In this document: piece by piece, positions 27,724-38,197 of the stretch
Layout of the letters: each line of letters opens with the position of its first letter
How positions within the stretch are numbered: position 1 is the first letter of the stretch
Origin: a virus
Lineage: Duplodnaviria > Caudoviricetes
IMG/VR virus record: IMGVR_UViG_3300045922_000428
Span: 1 to 51,711 of that record
Length of the DNA: 51,711 nucleotides
Strand: one strand, 5' to 3'
Made by a program: the position numbers and the translations under genes
Notes under the pieces: model-generated
Told to the model about the DNA's origin: nothing
The model's database searches: none
What the model saw: the letters and a program-made list of their open reading frames with translations, nothing else

Positions 27724-28211
27724 TGGCGGACGTCGGTTGCGCAGTTTCGAGGAAGATCAGGCCGGACCAAGTTTCGGTTGAGCTTGAACCATTTTCAAAC
27801 GCCTACGCTGACATCTGCAAAATCATGCACTACCATTGGTTGGAAGTGGCTAAGGATCTTGTGACTGAATTGGACCTTGACCACAGGTTCTTTGCCGCGA
27901 TGGATCGTGCTGGCAAGTTGGTGCTGGTAACGGCGCGCCACGGCAAGACACTGGTCGGCTACATCTTATTTTGCATCTTTAGGCCGCCGCACTATAATAT
28001 CATCGTGGCGGCTGACGATGCTCACTACTTGTTGCCTCGATATCGGACGCTCCCACTTTTTACGCGAATGGTTCGTTGCGGCGAGGCGGCGTTGAAGTCA
28101 AAAGGTGTACAGGTCGTGCGCTTTCACACAAAGACCAAGGTTGATCGCACCAAGGTCTTCAAGCATCTTGGTTACGAGCCCGAGGAAATCCTCGTGCAGC
28201 GGAGGATCTGA
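27723..28211 (+). CDS. GNAT-family acetyltransferase-like protein
   Basis: LVGY, YLLPRYR, F..LGY; typical position before ejection proteins. Confidence 0.65.
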   Translation: MADVGCAVSRKIRPDQVSVELEPFSNAYADICKIMHYHWLEVAKDLVTELDLDHRFFAAMDRAGKLVLVTARHGKTLVGYILFCIFRPPHYNIIVAADDAHYLLPRYRTLPLFTRMVRCGEAALKSKGVQVVRFHTKTKVDRTKVFKHLGYEPEEILVQRRI

Positions 28212-28213
28212 AC

Positions 28214-29077
28214 ATGGCGTTTTCCGCAGTCGGCGCGCTGGGGGCAGCTACAGGACTGGCGTCTTCTCTGATTGGTGCGCGTGCGTCCAGGCGCGCCGCT
28301 AATCAGCAAGTTGCCGCTACACAAGAGGCCACGGCGGTTACGCAAAGAGAATTGGACCGCATTCGTGAAGACCTTGCCCCGTATCGTGGCATTGGTTTGC
28401 AGGGCGCGCAGGCGCTGCCGTGGTTGTTGAACCTTCAAGGCGACCCAAGATATTCTGCGCTTGGCGCTGGCGGTGAAGTGTACGGTCCTGATCTCGCCTA
28501 CCAGTATTTTCAACCCACAATGGCGCAGCTGCAGCAGACGCCTGGCTACCAATTTGCTCTCAATGAAGGCCTCCGAGCCGTCATAAACAATGCAGCGGCC
28601 CGCGGCCTGGCAGGTTCTGGCGCGCAGGCGCGCGGCATGATGCAGTTTGCAACCGGCCTGGCATCCAACACCTACCAGCAGCAACTTGGCAACCACATGG
28701 CGCAGTTTGGCACAGATCTGAATGCCAGGCTTAGTCAAAACGCGCAGCGGTTCGGTCAGCAGGTGGCCAATGACACCAACCTTTACAACCGGCTTATGGG
28801 CGTGGCAGGTCTTGGCCAGAATTCGGCAGCGTTGTCGGCAAATCTTGGCATGGCAGGCGCTGGACAGATCGGCTCCAACCTGATTGGTGGCGGTAACGCG
28901 GCGGCCTCCGGTGCCATCGGGAGTGCCAACGCGATCGCAGGCGGCCTCAACGCGATTGCAGGTGCAGCCCAACAGTCGCTGGTCTTGAACAGGCTTCTCG
29001 GCAACACCACATCTGGGTTTAACAACCCGCTGGCGTCATCCGGTGTAACGGATCCCAGCACGATTTCTCGGAGATAA
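28214..29077 (+). CDS. DNA ejection/transfer protein (P22 gp7-like)
   Basis: Gly/Ala/Gln-rich; LAPY...G, TPGYQF.L.EG, AAARGL.GSG, G.GQN.AA. Confidence 0.75.
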   Translation: MAFSAVGALGAATGLASSLIGARASRRAANQQVAATQEATAVTQRELDRIREDLAPYRGIGLQGAQALPWLLNLQGDPRYSALGAGGEVYGPDLAYQYFQPTMAQLQQTPGYQFALNEGLRAVINNAAARGLAGSGAQARGMMQFATGLASNTYQQQLGNHMAQFGTDLNARLSQNAQRFGQQVANDTNLYNRLMGVAGLGQNSAALSANLGMAGAGQIGSNLIGGGNAAASGAIGSANAIAGGLNAIAGAAQQSLVLNRLLGNTTSGFNNPLASSGVTDPSTISRR

Positions 29078-29083
29078 GCCACT

Positions 29084-30781
29084 ATGTCAGGCACAGGTGT
29101 CGATCCGCGTATTGCGTTGGGATTCCAACAATCCCAAAACAATATGCTGCAGAACTTCATGCAGGCTGGTCAGGTAATCAGCGCTCTGAGCCAGGCCCAG
29201 GCCAACAACGAAATGTTGCAGGCGCGCCGTCAAATTGGCGCGGCCCTGCAAAACTCCATCGACCCCGTGACGGGTCAGCTCGACACACAAGCCTTCATGG
29301 GCGCAATTTCCAGAAACCCCATGGCTGGTTTCTTGGCACCTGAGGCTTTGGCACAGGCCCGCGCGGCACAGTTAGGCCAGCTGCAGGTGCAACAAAATCA
29401 AGCAGCACTTGGGATGAGACGTCTCGACAACTTGAGCCAGGTGCTTACCGGGTTGCTTGAAAATCCACAACTTACACGAGCCCAGGTCGTGGCGGCTGTG
29501 GGACGTGTCCTAGCACTGCCAGAGGCCGAACGACCGTTTTCCGCGCAGACCGCCGCGGCGTTCCTGGGAGACTTGCCAGAGGATCCGCGCGCCATCAGGC
29601 AAAAACTGATGGAGGTAGCCGGCTCGGTCAGAGAAAATCAGCTGAGGCTGCTTGACTTCCTGCCGCGTCCGCACGCTATCAACCTTGGTGGAAACGTGGG
29701 GATGATAGACCTCAACCCGCGCACGGCGCCGGGTCTTCCGGGATCTCGGCTGGAAATCACACCGACGCCAGGAGAACTCAACGAACCCCGTACCTTCATC
29801 GGCCCCAGCGGCGAGCCGCGTCAGGGAAGAGCAGCGGACGTGTTTCCAATGACGGGCGGTATGGGGTCACCGGCCCCAGGCCCTGGTCAGGTGGTCCCGG
29901 GCACAGGTCAGACGACCCCAGGCACTGGTCAGACCACGCCGCCCGGTCAAACCGGAGCCGTTCAGCCGCCTGGTGCCCAAAGTCCGGGCAGGCAGATTGG
30001 AAGCGGACGTTATCCCAGCCCAGACATCAACCCACCGGGCTCCACCGCGAGACCGCCCACGACTGTGCCGCCTCAAGCACCGGGAGGGGTCGCGATCGGA
30101 CTTCCGCCTGGTCGCCAGGAAGCAATGGAGATGGAAGGTCAGCGTTCAGCGCAATATTCTTCCGATCTTGCTTCCCGAGCTCGTTTTGCACCAGAAAACA
30201 TTGCAAATCTTCAACAGATGCGGGGTCTGCTTCGCCAGGTGACAACTGGTGGCCCGGTGCCCAGCATCATGAGGCGTGTAGTCACGGCACTGAACGCGAT
30301 GCTTCCTGAAAATATGCGCATTGCGTCCGACGGCATCGCGTACCAAGAAGAGTTTGTCAAGCTTGCCGAACGTTTGGCTCAACAGCAGCGACTTGCTTTT
30401 GCGGGCGCGTCGCAGGCCTCTAACATGGAACTTGAGTCCGCACGAATAGCCAGCCCGAATGAAGGGATTTCCAATCTGGGCAACGACCGCATCATCGCAC
30501 ACTTGCTTGGAAACGAGCAAGCGATCCTTGTGCGAAATCGTGCGTGGCAGCAGTGGCGCAACGTAAACGGGGCTGAGTCTTTCATGCAGTTTGAGGCTGC
30601 GTTTGACAGAGACTTTGACCCCCGTGTATTCCATTCTATGTTCATGTCGCCGCAAGACCGTGCTAGGATGGTGAGGGACATGACGCCGGGTGATCGACGG
30701 CGTTTCGAGAACGCGGTGCGGGCGGCCATTCGTAATGGCTGGGTGACGCGTCAGGATCTTGGACTTGGAGAGCGCCAATGA
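29084..30781 (+). CDS. DNA ejection protein (gp20-like position)
   Basis: Gln/Ala-rich helical protein with a Pro/Gly linker, between ejection genes. Confidence 0.6.
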   Translation: MSGTGVDPRIALGFQQSQNNMLQNFMQAGQVISALSQAQANNEMLQARRQIGAALQNSIDPVTGQLDTQAFMGAISRNPMAGFLAPEALAQARAAQLGQLQVQQNQAALGMRRLDNLSQVLTGLLENPQLTRAQVVAAVGRVLALPEAERPFSAQTAAAFLGDLPEDPRAIRQKLMEVAGSVRENQLRLLDFLPRPHAINLGGNVGMIDLNPRTAPGLPGSRLEITPTPGELNEPRTFIGPSGEPRQGRAADVFPMTGGMGSPAPGPGQVVPGTGQTTPGTGQTTPPGQTGAVQPPGAQSPGRQIGSGRYPSPDINPPGSTARPPTTVPPQAPGGVAIGLPPGRQEAMEMEGQRSAQYSSDLASRARFAPENIANLQQMRGLLRQVTTGGPVPSIMRRVVTALNAMLPENMRIASDGIAYQEEFVKLAERLAQQQRLAFAGASQASNMELESARIASPNEGISNLGNDRIIAHLLGNEQAILVRNRAWQQWRNVNGAESFMQFEAAFDRDFDPRVFHSMFMSPQDRARMVRDMTPGDRRRFENAVRAAIRNGWVTRQDLGLGERQ

Positions 30782-33297
30782 CACGTGAACAGTTGGACGC
30801 ACTTTACTCTGAGGCCGGAAGGCGCTACAACGTCGATCCCAGGCTTCTTCGCGCTATTGCCGTGGTGGAGAGCGGCGAGCGTGCCGATGCGCTGGGCCCG
30901 CCGGTGCTAGTGAACGGCCAGACTGTGCGTGCCGTCGGGTTGATGCAGATCATCCCGTCGACGGCCAGAGCACTCGGCATCGATCCGCAAGATCCGCGTC
31001 AGTCTGTGTTCGGCGCTGCCCGTCTGATGTCCATGAACCTTGACCAAGCTCAAGGCGACGTAGAAGAGGCACTCCGCCTTTACTACGCGGGCCCCAGCAT
31101 GAGGAACCGTGGTCCGCGTACCGCAGCGTATCCCGGCCAAGTTGCTCGGGTCTATGTGAGTCTTCCCCCGTATTCCCCCCAACAGGCGGCTGCTCCTGCG
31201 ACGGGTGACGAAGATATTTTTGATGCACTGGCCGGCAGGTCTGACGCAGCCGCCCGCAGCAACGTTGTCACGCCGTCTGAGGATATTCTGCGTGAAATGG
31301 CTCAGGAAAGTGATGACGAAGAGCTGTTCAATGAACTGGTCCGCCCCAACGCCAACGTAATTCCTGAAAATCGTGTGGAGACGATGCCCCGCACACGCGT
31401 CGGGGCCGGTTCCAGGTTTGCCAGGGGACTTGAGCGTGGTATTCGGGACCTTGTGGACAAGCCTGCGGAGATATTGGCTGGCGCACTTTCTCCGTACATG
31501 GGCGGGCCGAGTCGAAGTGAAGTGGCCGCTGGCAATCGACAAGCTCGTGAAGCGTTCGACAACGAGATGCGAGGTTCTGGCTTTGCCACAGCGGGTCGCA
31601 TTACTGGGAATGTCGCAAGCGTACTGGGACCGATGGGCGTAGCTGCAGGCGTCGGTCGGGCAGCCTCTAGCCTGGTTCCGGGGTCCGCCGGGAGATTTCT
31701 TCAGGGATCGTCTGGCGCAGGACCTCTTGTCGGCGGTCTTGCCTCCAGGACTGCCCAGCGCGCGACCGGGGGCGCGGCATCCGGGGCGGTTGGTGGTGCG
31801 CTCTTGGCAGATCCCACAAAGGACATCAGAGACGAGGTCGGTTTGGGCGCGGCGATCGGAGCCGGTGTTTCCACAACGTTGGGACCACTTGCGGCGTCAG
31901 CCTATCGCGGCATCCGAAACACGTTTGGCGGATTCCCGTCACGCAACACCGCAGATGTTGCTGCACAGGCGATGCGGATGGGCATACCTGTGTACGGGCC
32001 GCAAATTACGACAAGCCCACCGATCCGGTACTTGGACAGCCACCTGAGAGACGTGATGTTCAGCGGCCACCAGGCGCGGACTGCTGGTGGTCGGGAGGCA
32101 TTCACCAGGGCCGTTGCTAGGTTGATCGGCGAACCAATGGCAATGCGCCTTGATGCGGACGTTCGTCGTGCTGCCAACCAACGCATCTCTAATGTGTTTC
32201 AGAATGTGGCGCGTGGTCGCTCTATCAATTTTGATGCTCAGGCTCAGGCTCGACTTGCACAGATCGAGAACGACATTCTCTCCACACCGATGGACTCCGG
32301 CGTACAGCGGGCTATGGCCAGGTTGATTGAAAATATTCGCAACGCCGGGGCTTCTGGCACCATGTCTGGCGAGGCGTATCTGGGTTTGACGCGATATGGC
32401 ACACCACTAGGACGCTCCATACGAAGCAACGACGTCAACATTTCATTTTATGCTCGTCAGCTTCGCGAAATGTTGGACGACATGTTGGAGCGCTCGGCGC
32501 CTGACGCCGCTGCAGAGCTTCGGCAAGCCCGTCAGCAATTCAGATACATGGTCAACCTCGTGTCCCCGTCCACAAAAGGCACACGTGAAGGTACCATCGA
32601 AGGAATCGTGGACCCCCTTATTTTTGCGCGCAACGCCTACCGCATGGATCCCAGACTTGCCAATATGCCTGTAGGCCAGAACCCGGTGGCCGACCTGGCG
32701 CGAGCGGGTCTGATGTTTGCGCAACCACCAAACTCTGGAACGGCGGCACGAATTGCAGCAACTACCGGTGGCTTCTTGGGGCTGCCCGGCTTGGGAACGG
32801 CGGCTGCCGGCCTTGCGTTTGGCTCTCCACAGGCTGTTGAGCTGGGCGTTGCGGGAGCCGTTGGTGGAGGCCTGGCTGCCAACCTGATGAGCCGGATCCT
32901 GGCCAGTGACGCCTATCGCAATTATATGTTGGCAGGCGCTCGACGCAATTCTCCATACGCCAATACACCAAGCCCGCCCAACTTGAATAACTTGGCCACC
33001 GCGGCTGGTATTTCTTCAACAGGCCAGGATTTCAGTATTCCCAACCCGCTGTCAGGAGCCGCCGTAGCGGCTTCGCCGGTACAGTTGGATGCCTTGCCGG
33101 AAGCATCGTCGACAAGTCCTGGAGCCGTGCAAGTCGGTGACACGTTCTACATACTCAATCGTGACGACAACGGTGTCTATTTCTGGCAGCCGACTTTGCG
33201 CCCACCCGGGTTTGGCACGCCCGGCCCAGGAGGTGAGCTGCCGCCACATTACGTGGCGCCAAATGTGATTGAAATCACTCGTGCGAGGCCGCGATGA
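30778..33297 (+). CDS. Ejection protein with N-terminal lytic transglycosylase (SLT) domain
   Basis: LLRAIAVVESG, AVGLMQIIPSTA, DPRQSVFGAARL, ALRLYYAG. Confidence 0.85.
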   Translation: MTREQLDALYSEAGRRYNVDPRLLRAIAVVESGERADALGPPVLVNGQTVRAVGLMQIIPSTARALGIDPQDPRQSVFGAARLMSMNLDQAQGDVEEALRLYYAGPSMRNRGPRTAAYPGQVARVYVSLPPYSPQQAAAPATGDEDIFDALAGRSDAAARSNVVTPSEDILREMAQESDDEELFNELVRPNANVIPENRVETMPRTRVGAGSRFARGLERGIRDLVDKPAEILAGALSPYMGGPSRSEVAAGNRQAREAFDNEMRGSGFATAGRITGNVASVLGPMGVAAGVGRAASSLVPGSAGRFLQGSSGAGPLVGGLASRTAQRATGGAASGAVGGALLADPTKDIRDEVGLGAAIGAGVSTTLGPLAASAYRGIRNTFGGFPSRNTADVAAQAMRMGIPVYGPQITTSPPIRYLDSHLRDVMFSGHQARTAGGREAFTRAVARLIGEPMAMRLDADVRRAANQRISNVFQNVARGRSINFDAQAQARLAQIENDILSTPMDSGVQRAMARLIENIRNAGASGTMSGEAYLGLTRYGTPLGRSIRSNDVNISFYARQLREMLDDMLERSAPDAAAELRQARQQFRYMVNLVSPSTKGTREGTIEGIVDPLIFARNAYRMDPRLANMPVGQNPVADLARAGLMFAQPPNSGTAARIAATTGGFLGLPGLGTAAAGLAFGSPQAVELGVAGAVGGGLAANLMSRILASDAYRNYMLAGARRNSPYANTPSPPNLNNLATAAGISSTGQDFSIPNPLSGAAVAASPVQLDALPEASSTSPGAVQVGDTFYILNRDDNGVYFWQPTLRPPGFGTPGPGGELPPHYVAPNVIEITRARPR

Positions 33298-35600
33298 GCA
33301 ACACTCTATTCAGCGGGTACATCCCTAACGGCCGTCAACAATTCTATGATGCCGTCGGCCGAGCGTTGGTCGGAGGGCGTGTGTTCACCTACAAGCCGGC
33401 AACGCTCATTCCAGTAACCACGTACCGGGACCAGACGCTGTCCACACCTAACACGAATCCAATCATTCTTGATGGCGCAGGCTTTGCCGACATCTACTCA
33501 GCGTCCGATATTCGTCAGATCGTACAAGATCAGAATGGCAACGTCATCTGGGACCGGATCTGCCGCCCGGTTTTGACCGCGTCATCCGGTGCGTTTTTTT
33601 CGTTGCCCGACATTGCGTCGTTGCAAGCAAACACCACGCCACTCTCCCACGTCTACGTTGAAGGGTACTACACCTTCAACGACGGTGGTCAGGGCCTGTT
33701 CATCTGGGATCCAGCCGACACGGTTTCTACGTCCGATGGCGGAAGCATCATTGTGGATGCTAGCGGACGACGCTATTACCGCGACATGGAGCGTCGTGAC
33801 CTCATCAGTGTGCGTTGGTGGGGAGCTGCCGGCACTGGACTTGGAAATGACGCGCCCGCGATCCAAGCCTGTTTCAACTACGCGGCTTCTCATGGACTGA
33901 CACCGTTCGTACCAGCTGGCAACTACCGCACCACAGCGGCATTGTCTTTGGCAGAAGGCGCCAAAGGTATTCAGATGCAGGGCGTGATCCGCCCGACCGG
34001 TGGCTTTGTTGGGTTGACGCTGGGCAGCGGCGGAAGCGTCCGAAATCAAAATAAGGTTTACGGGCCTGTGCGTGTGGTTCGCGAGACCCAATCGGACTGG
34101 TCGTCGGAGGCAGACATCGGTGTTCGCATCTTCAACTTGGACAACGGTACGGCGATCATTGAGCAGGCTGAAAAGTTTACCATCAATGTGCAGTTGGCTA
34201 GCGAAGGCCGTGGCGTCGAAGACAGCAACTTCTACTATGGCCGCATCATTGATGGAAAAATCGGCGTCGATATGCGGACATTCCAACCGGGACCCAACAG
34301 CTACGTCAACTCAATCAGACACTACGGCGGGCACTTTGCATGCAGCAGTTCCACAAACACAACTTTGGACCGCTACGGCTTCAGGATGTCGCGAAACGCG
34401 CCTGGTGACTATGTACTGCACAATGGTCACAGGTTTTTTGGACCATCGTTTGAATTGCAGACCGGATCGTATCTGTCGATCCCGTTCCTTATGGAAGTTG
34501 ATGGGCGCGGCGTGCATGCTTACGGAATTCGCATGGAGGCGTGCTCACCGTTTGTGGCGCGGCACACATCGGCGATGAATGACTGTCTTTATGAAGTTGA
34601 GTTTGTCGGCACCTTTGGCCCGTATATCAGCATTTTGTACGACGCTTCCGCTACTCGAGCCGGTGGCACCATCAAAATAAGGCACCAGTCATGCGCGGCA
34701 TCTGAGACGCCGCGGCTGATTGCCGAGAACGCAAATATCAGAGCCACGGCGTTTCGGGACGTCCGTGATGACGTAAACGGCGTCGGGTTTGAGGGTCTGG
34801 CGGTTGCTTCGGGCAATCCGTCGGGCAGCCCCACCACGCTCAACACATTGATTTTTGGCGGGCTTTCCTCGTTTGGTCTGAATGCTGAAGATATCACAGT
34901 GCCGACGTCGCGCGCCGTGGGCTTCGTAATCAAGACGGATACAGTCCCAAATACTTTTGGACTGCTTCGTGAATACACCATTGCGGCCGAAGGATCCGAG
35001 TTGCGGCCTGTCGTAGTGCAATTTGATTCAAGCGAAAACGTCCTGACAAACACGTCTCCATTGTTGTTTTCAAATGCAAACGCTACGTGGGTTGGTGCGC
35101 CGTCATACTTCTGGGAAACCAACGTCAACATAGACCAGCTGTCGGCTGGCCTCCCACTGTTTTTCTGGCAGCGTGTGACCCTCCACGCGAATTGCGCCTT
35201 TGCTTTTATCGGGGTTCGCGGAGGCTCTGCTTCCGCGCGCCTGCGTGCACTCCGTCTGTACGCCCAACCACTACTTTCGCCACAAGTAATTTTTGGCAAC
35301 TCACGACGGTGGGGCAGCAGATTTTCGAGAGCCGAGGCCGACTGGACCGTGCCATCTCTTAGCTCAGGTGCCACGACCACTTTTGACATCACGGTGCCCG
35401 GTATTCGTCAAGGCGACTCGGTTCAGGTGGGCTTTGCCAAGACTTCAGGTTTCCAAAACGGCGGCGTAATTTTTCAGTCGGCAGTCGGCGGGATAGCATC
35501 GACGAACCAAGTCCGTGTCACCGCTCACAATATTTCAGGCGGTACGATTGTCGTTGGTGACGGCCGACTTTTTGTGACTGGCACGCGACCCTACGTCTGA
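33294..35600 (+). CDS. Tailspike / receptor-binding protein (head-binding N-domain + beta-helix)
   Basis: QFYD..G..L.GG.V.TY...NTNPIILD..G N-domain; GYY..DGG.G.F; VRWWGAAG.G..D..AIQ. Confidence 0.8.
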   Translation: MSNTLFSGYIPNGRQQFYDAVGRALVGGRVFTYKPATLIPVTTYRDQTLSTPNTNPIILDGAGFADIYSASDIRQIVQDQNGNVIWDRICRPVLTASSGAFFSLPDIASLQANTTPLSHVYVEGYYTFNDGGQGLFIWDPADTVSTSDGGSIIVDASGRRYYRDMERRDLISVRWWGAAGTGLGNDAPAIQACFNYAASHGLTPFVPAGNYRTTAALSLAEGAKGIQMQGVIRPTGGFVGLTLGSGGSVRNQNKVYGPVRVVRETQSDWSSEADIGVRIFNLDNGTAIIEQAEKFTINVQLASEGRGVEDSNFYYGRIIDGKIGVDMRTFQPGPNSYVNSIRHYGGHFACSSSTNTTLDRYGFRMSRNAPGDYVLHNGHRFFGPSFELQTGSYLSIPFLMEVDGRGVHAYGIRMEACSPFVARHTSAMNDCLYEVEFVGTFGPYISILYDASATRAGGTIKIRHQSCAASETPRLIAENANIRATAFRDVRDDVNGVGFEGLAVASGNPSGSPTTLNTLIFGGLSSFGLNAEDITVPTSRAVGFVIKTDTVPNTFGLLREYTIAAEGSELRPVVVQFDSSENVLTNTSPLLFSNANATWVGAPSYFWETNVNIDQLSAGLPLFFWQRVTLHANCAFAFIGVRGGSASARLRALRLYAQPLLSPQVIFGNSRRWGSRFSRAEADWTVPSLSSGATTTFDITVPGIRQGDSVQVGFAKTSGFQNGGVIFQSAVGGIASTNQVRVTAHNISGGTIVVGDGRLFVTGTRPYV

Positions 35601-36172
35601 AGACTGACGTGAGGCATCTGGACCCACCGATCTAACAGCCGTGACTTGCGGTAGTCACAGGATTGGCCGAAGGATACCATGCGTTGTTCCCAAGAACTGA
35701 GCCAAAGATCCTTGGCCTCTTGGTGCGGGTACTCGTGGACAAAGTAGATTGAAGAACACCAGGTGTTCATGAGCATCTTGACGCAATGTATGCACGGGCT
35801 GTGTGTGACGTAGCACGCGTCAATCTTTGTGTGGTCTCTCACCTGGATCAATGCATTCTGCTCAGCGTGGATGGCGTGGCAACCGTCCAAGTTGGTCCCC
35901 GAAGCGCTTGACGCGCCGGGGCACCTGTACGGGTAATCCAATTGCATTGAGCCGTCTGCGGCCGTAGAGTACCGGGGCTCGTTGCAGTGATCAACACCCG
36001 AGGCCACTCCGTTGTACCCAGTGCTGAGCACAAAGCCGTTGACGTCCAACAACACGCATCCGACACGGCGGCGAAGGCACGTCGACCGTTGCGCCGTAAC
36101 AAGCGCCAACTTCAACGCCCATTGATGACGACAGATGCGGCCGTATGTTGCTGACGTGGTCGTTGTGTCCAT
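35591..36172 (-). CDS. dCMP deaminase
   Basis: RSTC.RR.VG, GYNG, HAEQNA and PCxxC zinc motifs. Confidence 0.9.
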   Translation of the reverse strand: MDTTTTSATYGRICRHQWALKLALVTAQRSTCLRRRVGCVLLDVNGFVLSTGYNGVASGVDHCNEPRYSTAADGSMQLDYPYRCPGASSASGTNLDGCHAIHAEQNALIQVRDHTKIDACYVTHSPCIHCVKMLMNTWCSSIYFVHEYPHQEAKDLWLSSWEQRMVSFGQSCDYRKSRLLDRWVQMPHVSLQT

Positions 36173-36184
36173 GTGACATTCTCC

Positions 36185-36221
36185 AAAAGTAGCAGCGCGA
36201 ACCAAGATCTGCCCGCGCTGC
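36185..36221 (-). terminator. Terminator-like hairpin between the TS-like gene and dCMP deaminase
   Basis: GCAGCGCG-loop-CGCGCTGC followed by TACTTTT on the minus strand. Confidence 0.5.
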
Positions 36222-36274
36222 CGAAATGGTCAGAATGTAGTGCTCTCTGCGACTAGGACTGCCATACTCTACAC

Positions 36275-37114
36275 CTAGGCGCAGCTGATACGTGACAGCA
36301 ACCCGTGGTCCGAGATGCCGCCGTGGTGCCGCGACGACTCCAAGAATTCGACGATGTCTTCGGGCGTCATGGGCAGCACACTGCTCAGAGGACGACACCG
36401 CGACACGTAGTGCGCAGGTGCTGGCTCGTTCAGAAGCTCAGTGCTCTGCGCAAGGTGGGAGGCGTAGAGGTGGCTGCTCCCAATGTTCAAGAACAGCGTC
36501 CCTAGACGCGGCGGCTTGATGTTACCGACGCGCACGGCAGTGGCTGCCACATAGGCCGTCATCATGGTGAAGTTGAAGATGTCATAAGGCACCCCCAACC
36601 AAATGTCTGAAGAACGCATGTTGACGACTGTGTGGATCTCCGTGTCTTCGGGGACCAGCGGGGACCTGCGGATCAGAAACTGCATGGACACGGTGCACGG
36701 GATGTCTTTGCTCGGTCCTGGGTTAGATTTCCAGGTGGTCAGCACTGCCTGACGGGTATCTGGCTCAAACGCCAGCTTTGACACCACGTAGTGGAGCTGT
36801 CTGATGAACTCAGGACCGTAGGCGCCGTCAAACGTGACGCCGTTGTTGGAGAAGCTGGAGATGTTCTTGTTGTACGGGGCGATGCCCGCGACGCTGTTGT
36901 CGCCAGTGATGATCCAGTAGGCCTCTGCCGCCATGAACTTGTAATTCAGTGCACGACGTTTGAACGTGATGACGGGATAGTCCATCATGATCCTGAGCTG
37001 TGTGCCCAGGATCTCCCGCGTCTGCATGCCGCGCGGAGCCACCTGACGGTCTTCCGCGGCGTAGAGCTTCCTGAGCTGGCCCAGCCAGGCATCGTTGGCA
37101 AGATCTGAATACAT
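36275..37114 (-). CDS. Thymidylate synthase-family enzyme, Asp-type (probable dCMP methylase/hydroxymethylase)
   Basis: GAYG, DTRQAV, catalytic PC, MRSSDIWLGVPYD, SSHLY; Asp at the position of the dUMP-specifying Asn of ThyA. Confidence 0.85.
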   Translation of the reverse strand: MYSDLANDAWLGQLRKLYAAEDRQVAPRGMQTREILGTQLRIMMDYPVITFKRRALNYKFMAAEAYWIITGDNSVAGIAPYNKNISSFSNNGVTFDGAYGPEFIRQLHYVVSKLAFEPDTRQAVLTTWKSNPGPSKDIPCTVSMQFLIRRSPLVPEDTEIHTVVNMRSSDIWLGVPYDIFNFTMMTAYVAATAVRVGNIKPPRLGTLFLNIGSSHLYASHLAQSTELLNEPAPAHYVSRCRPLSSVLPMTPEDIVEFLESSRHHGGISDHGLLSRISCA

Positions 37115-37135
37115 TGAGGCTTCTCCTTCTCCTTC

Positions 37136-38197
37136 CTACTTGTTCGTAAAGAACGCTTCGGCAAACGGGTACTCGCCGTCAGAAAAGCGCATGTGGTGCG
37201 CCGGGTGTGGCAGCTTGAAGACTGTCGTCTTTGACTTCGCCTCGCGCAGGTTCTTCTTGTGTTTCAACTTGGCAATCGCCGCCAACATGGTTGAGACCTT
37301 GTCATGCGCCGTGTTGCCGAGACAGATGATGCGTCGCGGAGAAGACGGGCAGCACGCTAACCACGCCCGGAACCATTCTGACATCTTTGGACAGTCCTGG
37401 TTGCCCCAGAACAGATCCCTCTCCGGTATCTTGTGCTGCTCCAACACGTCTGTCAGATAGGCGCTGCATCCCTGGCGCCAGAACGAGACAAACGGATATT
37501 GCACAAGATGATCATGTGGGCGATGGTTCGCGAACGACTCGCCGACCACAAGGACGCGCGCTTCCATATTCCCTGCGGTGCGCCATCCCGCCATCTGAGT
37601 CGGTCCGAAAGCCGACCCAAGATCTGACGTTTGCAGGTACTCCACAAGGAGGTCGAATGTGTCCTGCTCGGGCTCATCGAACTTGTATGTTTTTGTGCGA
37701 AGTCCCCAGCAATTTTTGGCGTACCCCTCGTCATAGAAGGCCACGACGCGGCTCCACTGCGCCTCGTCATCCAGCATCTCAGAGCCGCCGGCCAGCCGCC
37801 GTCTGAATTCTTCGACCATCCTGCTCCGATCGGGGCGGCAATAGACGATCCACGGCTTGCACCGCAACGCCACGCGTTGAAGCATGCGGGCGTAGACGCT
37901 TGGGACGCGAAGCGCGCTGTTTGGACGGTAGACCGCATGATAGTACGGCTCAGAGATCCAGCTGCGGTCCATGACGACCGGCGCCAGGCCCTGAAGCGCC
38001 GGCATCATAGCGTCCATGTAGATGCAACACAGTCTTTCGTCTGTGATGTGCTTGAATGAGCCGAGATGCATGCCGAGCACGCGGCGGCCAAGAGGTGCCT
38101 CCAGCAGATTGTGCAGGAGAGTGGACTTTCCAGCGCAATCAGGACCCTCTAAGATCAGCAACGGCTTTGCAGCCGTCGATCTGTTTTCAATGATCAC
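37136..38197 (-). CDS. dNMP (thymidylate-like) kinase fused to a uracil-DNA-glycosylase-like domain
   Basis: LEGPDCAGKST and MDRSW.SE..Y kinase motifs; C-terminal VLVVGE...PF...N...IICLGNTA...LPHPA UDG-superfamily motifs. Confidence 0.75.
   Translation of the reverse strand: MIIENRSTAAKPLLILEGPDCAGKSTLLHNLLEAPLGRRVLGMHLGSFKHITDERLCCIYMDAMMPALQGLAPVVMDRSWISEPYYHAVYRPNSALRVPSVYARMLQRVALRCKPWIVYCRPDRSRMVEEFRRRLAGGSEMLDDEAQWSRVVAFYDEGYAKNCWGLRTKTYKFDEPEQDTFDLLVEYLQTSDLGSAFGPTQMAGWRTAGNMEARVLVVGESFANHRPHDHLVQYPFVSFWRQGCSAYLTDVLEQHKIPERDLFWGNQDCPKMSEWFRAWLACCPSSPRRIICLGNTAHDKVSTMLAAIAKLKHKKNLREAKSKTTVFKLPHPAHHMRFSDGEYPFAEAFFTNK

Noticed and set aside
36275-37114. Plain thyA annotation
   Set aside because: Asp replaces the dUMP-specifying Asn, so a dCMP-acting enzyme is more likely
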